NCBI GenBank assembly: GCA_965662175.1
Contig: CBFIGT010000019.1
Location: 1-28,070 of the forward strand
Direction of reading: 5' to 3'
DNA from: Arcobacter sp.
GTDB taxonomy: Bacteria > Campylobacterota > Campylobacteria > Campylobacterales > Arcobacteraceae
DNA length: 28,070 bases
Position 1 is the stretch's first letter. The number at the start of each line of letters is the position of its first letter. The position numbers and the translations under genes are program-made. Of this stretch, positions 8,235 to 14,838 are shown in pieces. The notes below the pieces were generated by a model. That model was not told the DNA's origin and made no database searches. It saw only the letters and a list, made by a program, of their open reading frames with translations.

Positions 8235-8570
8235 TCAATGAAAATTTTTACAAAGAGCTTTGATAACTAATTCATATTCATCATTTGAAAGTTTTGCAAT
8301 TTTTTCTTTGATTCTAACTTTTGAAAGAGTTCTTATTTGATTTATTAAAATATCAGAATCCTCTTTTAAATTTTCTCTTGATTTAATTCTTAATCTATAA
8401 GGAAACATATCATCAAGTAAATCAGTTGAAAGAGGTAATAATATAACTGTATCTAAAATAGAGTTTTCATCATCTCCTGAAATTATAACTGCTAGTCTAA
8501 TCTTTCCAACTTCATTGCCTTTTTTTGGATAAAGATTTACAATTACTATATCACCTCTATTTAATTCCAT
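8235..8570 (-). CDS. PemK/MazF family toxin (endoribonuclease)
   Basis: RGDIVIVNL..G.E.GK.R.AVIIS, LPLST, S.ILINQIRTLSK.R. The likely start is ATG 8570, with GGAG at 8577-8580. Confidence 0.9.
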   Translation of the reverse strand: MELNRGDIVIVNLYPKKGNEVGKIRLAVIISGDDENSILDTVILLPLSTDLLDDMFPYRLRIKSRENLKEDSDILINQIRTLSKVRIKEKIAKLSNDEYELVIKALCKNFH

Positions 8571-8805
8571 CATCAACTCCAAGTTCTGCAAATTCTAAAT
8601 CTTGATGTTGTTTTAGTTTATTTAATTTTGCTAATTTTTCTTCCCTATCAATTTTTTCTATTAAAGGTCTAATTTGTTTTTCATATTTTGAAGAGATAAA
8701 ATATCCTAATGTTGTATGTTTTCTTTTATCAATAATTAAGGCTATATCCATAGCTTTTATTAATGATGGTTTATTTTGAATATCTGTAACACCATAAGTT
8801 GTCAT
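8557..8805 (-). CDS. type II antitoxin, Phd/YefM-like N-terminus
   Basis: 82 aa, upstream of and overlapping the toxin. MTTYGVTDIQNK resembles Phd-type N-termini. Acidic C-terminal tail. SD AAAGGA. Confidence 0.75.
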   Translation of the reverse strand: MTTYGVTDIQNKPSLIKAMDIALIIDKRKHTTLGYFISSKYEKQIRPLIEKIDREEKLAKLNKLKQHQDLEFAELGVDDGIK

Positions 8806-8838
8806 ACCGTATCCTTTTTATTGTTTTAATCTATATGA

Positions 8839-8846
8839 ATTATATC
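8839..8846 (-). promoter_or_regulatory. -10 element of TA operon
   Basis: gaTATAAT on the minus strand, about 33 nt upstream of the antitoxin ATG. Confidence 0.45.
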
Positions 8847-8941
8847 TAATATAATAAAATATAGCAATTATACTATGCTTACTATTTAATAAATTATTCT
8901 TAAAAACCACCATTAATAAATTTTTTGAGTTAAATTTATTA

Positions 8942-8955
8942 TTGATAAATATCAA
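8942..8955. promoter_or_regulatory. FNR/CRP-family box-like palindrome
   Basis: TTGAT-AAAT-ATCAA, an exact match to the FNR consensus TTGAT-N4-ATCAA. Confidence 0.4.
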
Positions 8956-9252
8956 TTATCTTCCTTATTAAGGCATCAGAAGAATTTATATTTTAAGAGT
9001 GAACTAAACAGAAAAGAGTTAATTCAATCATAAGTTAACAAATAATTCTTTTCTCTTATTTTCACAACTACTAAAAAAATTAACATCTTAATTTTTATAG
9101 TACATATGATTTTACAAAAATTGGTAAAAAAGTAAATGCAATGATAAATTAGAATTTCGGTCTCCTCTAAATTTCAATGTGAAATGATTTTAGATTAAAA
9201 GTTGTAGTTTATGTAACTATTGATGACTGACACGGAGTTTTTAACACTCCCT

Positions 9253-9843
9253 TTATAAAATTACAGCTAAAACTTTTTGTGCTAATTTTAAAGCCTTACT
9301 TCTATGGGAAAACTCTTTTTTAACCTCATGGGGTAATTCACCCAAAGTTTTTTCATACCCTTTTGGTACAAACATAGGGTCATATCCAAATCCCTCAGTC
9401 CCAACTTGTTTTGGAATTACAAAACCATGCATCCACCCATGTACCGTGTAAACCTCACCTTTGTATATAATACAAATACAAGCAGTATAATATGCATCAG
9501 CTTTTTCTAGCTTTTTCTCTTTTAGTTTTGATATTAATTTCATATTATTATCATTGTCACTACAAGCCTCACCTGCATATCGTGCTGAATAAATTCCTGG
9601 TTCATTATTAATTGCAGGAACTGTTAGTCCACTATCATCAGAAATTACAATATAATCTTCATTATTAAGTTTTTCATATATTGCCTTAGCTTTTATTATT
9701 GCATTACCCTTAAAGCTATTTGCATCTTCTATTATTTCCATATCTCCCAAAAGCTCTTTAAATGTAATAACCTCTTCATTTGGCATTAATTTTTTAAACT
9801 CTTTAATCTTTCCATTATTTGATGTAGCCAAAACTATTTTCAT
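9253..9843 (-). CDS. rdgB: non-canonical purine NTP pyrophosphatase (RdgB/Ham1)
   Basis: [30 protein letters not shown] motifs. Confidence 0.96.
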   Translation of the reverse strand: MKIVLATSNNGKIKEFKKLMPNEEVITFKELLGDMEIIEDANSFKGNAIIKAKAIYEKLNNEDYIVISDDSGLTVPAINNEPGIYSARYAGEACSDNDNNMKLISKLKEKKLEKADAYYTACICIIYKGEVYTVHGWMHGFVIPKQVGTEGFGYDPMFVPKGYEKTLGELPHEVKKEFSHRSKALKLAQKVLAVIL

Positions 9844-9918
9844 TAATTTCCTTATTTATTTTATATTAATATATTTTGTATATAATTTTTACTTATTTTA
9901 TCAAGTTCAGGATTATAA

Positions 9919-11232
9919 ATGATTAAATCGATTATGCCATTAAGTGCAATTATTTCATTAAGATTTTTCGGTCTTTTTATTGTATTACCAGTTATATCTG
10001 TTTATGCAATGAATTTACAAGGTGCAACAACCACTATTGTTGGAATTATAGTTGGTGGTTATGCCCTAACTCAAATGATTTTTCAAGTTCCATTTGGAAT
10101 TATGAGTGATAAGCTAGGAAGAAAAGGAACAATAATAATTGGTCTTTTACTTTTTGCTATTGGTTCTATATTATGTGCAGTTGCAGATGATGTATTAACA
10201 CTTCTTTTAGGAAGATTACTACAAGGTGCTGGGGCTATTGGTGCTGTTGTTACAGCAATGATTAGTGACTTAGTAAAAGAAGAACAAAGACCTAAGGCTA
10301 TGGCTTTAATGGGCGGAAGTATTGCTATTGCTTTTGCTTTAGCTATGATTTTAGGGCCAACATTAGGTGCTTGGTTTGGAGTTGAGATTCTGTTTATTAT
10401 TACAACTGTTATTGCCCTTGGTTCTATTGTTGTTTTATTAAAAGCTGTTCCTAATCCTCCAAAAATTATTCATACTTATGAAAAAAAGGGTTCTGTAAGT
10501 TCTGTTTTAACAAATAAAAATTTAATTAAAATGAATATTACAAACTTTTTACAAAAAGGTTTTATGACTTTTGCTTTTATGATTATTCCTATGGTTTTAA
10601 TAAACAACTATGAGTGGATTATGGCTGATTTATGGAAAGTATATCTTCCTGCTACAATTTTTGGTGTACTAGCAATGGGTCCTGCTGCGATACTTGCTGA
10701 GAAAAAAGGAAAATATAAAGAGGTTTTAATAGCTGGTATTATTTTCTTTGGTATTTCATATTTAGTTATTGGTATGTCAGGAAGCTCAACTCTTTTTGTA
10801 ATTGGTGTAGTTCTATTTTTTATAGGATTTAATGTACATGAACCAATTATGCAATCACTTGCAACAAAATATGCAAAAGTTTATCAAAGAGGTTTTGTTT
10901 TAGGGATATTTAACTCATGGGGTTATTTTGGAACATTTTTAGGTGGATTACTTGGTGGTATATTTTTTGAAAACGTAACACTTACTAAAATAGTAATTGC
11001 AATTGCAATTATCTGTATTTTATGGACAATTATGATTTTTACTCTTCCAAATCCATTAAAGAAAAAAATTGCTTATTTACCAATAGATGGTTTAAATAAA
11101 GAGAGATTTCCTTCATTAAAAGAAAATAATTTTGTTGATGAGTGGTATATCAACGATACAGAGAACCTTTTAGTAGTTAAATATGATGCAGATAATTTAT
11201 CTGAAGAAGAAATAAAAAATAACCTAAAATAA
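9919..11232 (+). CDS. MFS transporter, YajR-like
   Basis: 12 TM pattern, motif A (GIMSDKLGRK), GRLLQGAGA, and a C-terminal soluble extension. Confidence 0.9.
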   Translation: MIKSIMPLSAIISLRFFGLFIVLPVISVYAMNLQGATTTIVGIIVGGYALTQMIFQVPFGIMSDKLGRKGTIIIGLLLFAIGSILCAVADDVLTLLLGRLLQGAGAIGAVVTAMISDLVKEEQRPKAMALMGGSIAIAFALAMILGPTLGAWFGVEILFIITTVIALGSIVVLLKAVPNPPKIIHTYEKKGSVSSVLTNKNLIKMNITNFLQKGFMTFAFMIIPMVLINNYEWIMADLWKVYLPATIFGVLAMGPAAILAEKKGKYKEVLIAGIIFFGISYLVIGMSGSSTLFVIGVVLFFIGFNVHEPIMQSLATKYAKVYQRGFVLGIFNSWGYFGTFLGGLLGGIFFENVTLTKIVIAIAIICILWTIMIFTLPNPLKKKIAYLPIDGLNKERFPSLKENNFVDEWYINDTENLLVVKYDADNLSEEEIKNNLK

Positions 11233-11269
11233 CTTTATAATAATTTCTAATAATTAATAATATTATTAA

Positions 11270-11299
11270 ATAAGGAGAGTTTAATAGAACTTTCCTTAT
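11270..11299 (+). terminator. stem-loop downstream of MFS gene (possible terminator)
   Basis: ATAAGGAGAGTT-taatag-AACTTTCCTTAT, 12-bp stem with one G-U pair. There is no clear U-tract. Confidence 0.4.
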
Positions 11300-11332
11300 A
11301 ATCAACTCTATAAATATATACAAAGAGTTGTT

Positions 11333-11842
11333 TTGAAAAAATTAAGTTTACTTATCCTCCTTTTTCTTTTTACATCATTTTCATTTGCTAACTCAATAAC
11401 AAATAATTATGCAGAAAAAAGAGTTATTGGATTTGAAAAACTTATAAATGATAATCAAAATAAATCTATCTTAAAAAAACTTATGGCTGTAAACAATTTT
11501 TTTAATCAAATCTCTTATAAAGATGACAAAGAGACTTGGGGCAAAAAAGATTATTGGGCAAAACCAAAAGAGTTTTTAGCAAAAGGTGCTGGGGATTGTG
11601 AAGATTATGCCCTTGCAAAACTTTATGCTTTAAATAAACTAGGTATTCCTCAAGATAAATTCAAATTAATTTACTCAAAAATTAAAAAAAATGAAAAACC
11701 ACATATGGTTTTAGCTTACTACTATAATCCAAAAAAAGAGCCATTAATACTCGATAACTTTAATAAAAAGATTTTTCTTAAAAATAAAAGGGATGATTTA
11801 GAATACATTTATGCATTTAATACTATCATGTTAAATAAATAA
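11333..11842 (+). CDS. transglutaminase-like cysteine protease (BTLCP/LapG-like), short paralog
   Basis: Signal peptide (SFA), WGKKDYWA, GDCEDY, HMVL and LDN triad motifs. TTG start. Confidence 0.9.
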   Translation: MKKLSLLILLFLFTSFSFANSITNNYAEKRVIGFEKLINDNQNKSILKKLMAVNNFFNQISYKDDKETWGKKDYWAKPKEFLAKGAGDCEDYALAKLYALNKLGIPQDKFKLIYSKIKKNEKPHMVLAYYYNPKKEPLILDNFNKKIFLKNKRDDLEYIYAFNTIMLNK

Positions 11843-11874
11843 TTTTTTATTTAAACCAAAAAATATGGGATAGT

Positions 11875-12522
11875 ATGAAAAGAAGTTTAATCTATTTTAC
11901 TATATTAATTTTAACTTTCATCTCCTCTTCAATTGCAGTAAAAACATTTAATATATCAGAAGAAAAACTAAAAGAGTTCACTAAAAAATATGGTGAAAAT
12001 GCTGAAAAAAGAGTTTTACTTTGGGATAATATGATGGAAGCAGCAAAAACAAAAGATACCCTTAATCAACTAAAAGATGTAAATGACTTTTTTAATAAAA
12101 TAAAATATGAAATAGATATGACCCACTGGGGCAAAAACGACTATTGGGCAGCTCCTTTTGAGTTTATGGGAACAGGGGCTGGCGATTGTGAAGATTATGC
12201 TATTGCTAAATATTATAGTCTTAGAAAACTAGGAATCCCAGAAGAAAAGTTGAGAATCACATACGTAAAACTTCTACAAAGAGGTACAAAATATGAACAA
12301 GCACATATGGTATTAACTTACTATCACAAAGAGGGTGTAACACCTGTAGTTTTAGATAATGTAAATAAAAAATTAAAATTAGCTACAAAAAGAACAGATC
12401 TAAAACCTATTTATAGTTTCAATGCACAAGGATTATGGCAAGCCAAAAACAAAGGTAAAACTTCAAAATTGGTTGGCGCAAATAATCTTAGTTCATGGAA
12501 AGATTTAATGACAAGAATTTAA
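11875..12522 (+). CDS. lapG: LapG-like periplasmic cysteine protease (BTLCP), full length
   Basis: Signal peptide, WGKNDYWA, GDCEDYAIAKY, AHMVL, LDN, R.DL.P.YSFN..GLW and W..L..R C-terminus. Directly upstream of lapD. Confidence 0.9.
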   Translation: MKRSLIYFTILILTFISSSIAVKTFNISEEKLKEFTKKYGENAEKRVLLWDNMMEAAKTKDTLNQLKDVNDFFNKIKYEIDMTHWGKNDYWAAPFEFMGTGAGDCEDYAIAKYYSLRKLGIPEEKLRITYVKLLQRGTKYEQAHMVLTYYHKEGVTPVVLDNVNKKLKLATKRTDLKPIYSFNAQGLWQAKNKGKTSKLVGANNLSSWKDLMTRI

Positions 12523-12532
12523 AGGGGAAATA

Positions 12533-14758
12533 ATGTCTTTATCAAAACAGCTCTATATAATAATATCAATGATATTTTTTATGATTTTTACTGGAAACTT
12601 TATTATAAGTGTTAAAAATACTAAAGAGTATTTGGAAATAGAATCAACAACAAAAGCACAAGATACAGCTACATCTATTGGGATGAGTATTAAACCGTTA
12701 ATACAAGATAAAAAAGACCCAGAGATTGAATCTATTATAAAAGCAATCGCAAATAGAGGTTTTTATAAAGAGATTAGATTAGAAGATATAGAGATTACTT
12801 TTACAAGTAGTGATTTAATTACTGCATCAAAAGAGCTTGATTTATCAAATGATTGGGAAATTTCTAATATTAAAATTGATCCAAAATATGGAAAAATAGA
12901 GAAAAAGAAAAATGATACTAATTTTGAAAATGCCCTTAATAAATTAGAAGATGAAGCCTTTGAAGTTGATACAAAAAAAGAGCTTTTTGATAAAAATATT
13001 TATACTTTCACCCCTGAAGAGAGTTATAAAAATGGCGGAACATTTAATATAGTTTTTGATGCCACATATAAAAATCAAACAATACCTGCAAGTGCTGAAT
13101 TAACACTAAATAAAATACTTGTAAAAGAGTTTAGAGAAGAGAAGTTTGATTATGTTCCCCAATGGTTTATTGACTCAATTCCTTTAAATATGGAAGAAAA
13201 AAGTAGTGAAATTAATGATGGCTGGTCAAAAGTTGCAACTGTATATGTAAGTGCCAATGCAGGTGATGCTTATGCTAAATTATATGAACAAGCACAAGGT
13301 GCTGTTATGTACTCTTTTTTAGCATTTTTAATTTCTATTTTATTTTTAGTATTTTTCCTACAACTAATTTTAAAACCACTTAAAAAAATTGAAAAACTAG
13401 CTGTTAATATTGCAGCTGGACAATTTGACACAATAAAAGAGTTGCCATATACAAAAGAGATAAAAAATGTAGCAATTGCTATGAATGACATGTCTAGAAA
13501 AATTGAGGGAATTATTAGAAAACTTAACTCAAATATTGAAAATATGACTAAAAAAATATCTCAAGATGGCCTAACTAAATTAGAGTTAAGACAAACATTT
13601 GAAACAGATATGAAAAATATGTTTATTGGAAAAAATAATGGTTATGTATTTAGTTTAAAAATAGAATCACTTGGTGAGTTTGCAAAAAATAAATCAAATA
13701 ATGAAGTTGACCAATTTATTAAAAACTTTGCAAATATCTTGAAAAAAAGTGCTGATGATTGTAGATTAAATATTAAAGCATATAGATTTTTTGGTTCTGA
13801 GTTTGCACTAATAGCAAAAAATATAAAAAAAGAGGATGTTCTTTTATTAACTTCTTATTTAAAAGAAAAGTTTGACTCTCTTAATAAAGATATAAAACTA
13901 AGCAATATATCAAATATTGGTGTAACTATGTTTAATCAAATAGGAACTATTCCTGAGATGTTAAGTGCTGCAACAGAAGCTAGAGAGAGTGCAAAACAAA
14001 TCGGACCAAATGAAGCATTTATAAGAGATGAGCATGACTTAGCTAGAGATATGGAATCATGGAAAGAGCTGATTTTTGATATTATTGATAATGAAAAATT
14101 CGAAGTTGGATATATTGGAGATGCTCATATTTTAAATGGAGCTGATGAGGGTAAACTTATTATGCAAGAAGCATTTACATCTGCATTTGATAAAAAAGGT
14201 GATTCTATTCCAATTGGAACATTTATCTCTATTGCTGAAAAATATGAAAAAGTTATTGATTTTGATAAGGCTGTTATTAACAGTGTAATTAAACATGTAA
14301 AAACAAATAATATTAAACACTCTATCTCAATAAACTTATCTCTTGATTCAATCATAGATATTAATTTTATTGCTTGGATAGAAAGAGTACTAACAAACAA
14401 TATTTCAATTGCAGCAAAACTAGTCTTTTCTATTACAGCTTATGGAGTTGCTAAAGATATAAATAAGTTTAAAGAATTCTCTAAAATTATTAATAACTAT
14501 GGTGGGAAAATTATTATTAAACGATTTGAATCTAAATTTATACCATTACAAAGTATTAAAGATTTAAACCTTGATTATATAAGATTAGCTAGAGATTATA
14601 CAAATGGAATTTCAAGTGATTCAGGTAAATATGCCTTTGTTGAATCAATGCAAGATTTATGTAATTTAATAAATATTAAACTAATGGCTGAAAATGTTAA
14701 AAATGATGATGATTTAGAAAAAGTAAAAGAGTTAGAACTATTTGCTGCAAGTAGATAA
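12533..14758 (+). CDS. lapD: LapD/MoxY-family c-di-GMP receptor (periplasmic output, HAMP, degenerate GGDEF, degenerate EAL)
   Basis: MSLSKQL, AQDTATS.G.S, VPQWF and GW (W231) periplasmic motifs. Two TMs and a HAMP domain. RFFGSEF replaces GGDEF, and EAF and IKRF replace EAL and DDFG. Confidence 0.9.
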   Translation: MSLSKQLYIIISMIFFMIFTGNFIISVKNTKEYLEIESTTKAQDTATSIGMSIKPLIQDKKDPEIESIIKAIANRGFYKEIRLEDIEITFTSSDLITASKELDLSNDWEISNIKIDPKYGKIEKKKNDTNFENALNKLEDEAFEVDTKKELFDKNIYTFTPEESYKNGGTFNIVFDATYKNQTIPASAELTLNKILVKEFREEKFDYVPQWFIDSIPLNMEEKSSEINDGWSKVATVYVSANAGDAYAKLYEQAQGAVMYSFLAFLISILFLVFFLQLILKPLKKIEKLAVNIAAGQFDTIKELPYTKEIKNVAIAMNDMSRKIEGIIRKLNSNIENMTKKISQDGLTKLELRQTFETDMKNMFIGKNNGYVFSLKIESLGEFAKNKSNNEVDQFIKNFANILKKSADDCRLNIKAYRFFGSEFALIAKNIKKEDVLLLTSYLKEKFDSLNKDIKLSNISNIGVTMFNQIGTIPEMLSAATEARESAKQIGPNEAFIRDEHDLARDMESWKELIFDIIDNEKFEVGYIGDAHILNGADEGKLIMQEAFTSAFDKKGDSIPIGTFISIAEKYEKVIDFDKAVINSVIKHVKTNNIKHSISINLSLDSIIDINFIAWIERVLTNNISIAAKLVFSITAYGVAKDINKFKEFSKIINNYGGKIIIKRFESKFIPLQSIKDLNLDYIRLARDYTNGISSDSGKYAFVESMQDLCNLINIKLMAENVKNDDDLEKVKELELFAASR

Positions 14759-14762
14759 AAAA

Positions 14763-14796
14763 CTATAAATATTAACAATATTGTTAATATTTATAG
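14763..14796. repeat. perfect 34-bp palindrome
   Basis: CTATAAATATTAACAAT|ATTGTTAATATTTATAG, with no spacer and no mismatch. TATAAT follows at 14799-14804. Confidence 0.95.
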
Positions 14797-14838
14797 AATA
14801 TAATTCATAAAAATATCTTATATATATTAGGCAATTAA

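Noticed and set aside
6779..8591. ORF-track starts at 6779, 7382 and 8591
   Set aside because: Downstream starts (6803, 7424, 8570) fit the prepilin leaders, translational coupling or SD position better.
8850..9220. hidden ORF, CRISPR array or ncRNA in the AT-rich gap
   Set aside because: No regular repeat-spacer pattern. The frames I read are interrupted by stops. There is only a weak inverted repeat (about 9010-9054).
9234..9250. intrinsic terminator for rdgB (GGAGT-N7-ACTCC)
   Set aside because: Only a 5-bp stem and no U-tract on the minus strand.
11254..11332. c-di-GMP riboswitch upstream of lapG
   Set aside because: Two hairpins are present, but the GEMM hallmarks (GGCAAAC / GAAA tetraloop / GCAAAG) are absent. 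An Rfam cmscan would settle it.
12533..14758. active diguanylate cyclase/phosphodiesterase
   Set aside because: The GGDEF (FGSEF) and EAL/DDFG (EAF, KRF) motifs are degenerate, as expected for a LapD receptor.
14771..14788. NssR-type TTAAC-N4-GTTAA site
   Set aside because: The spacer is 6 nt (TTAAC-AATATT-GTTAA), not 4.
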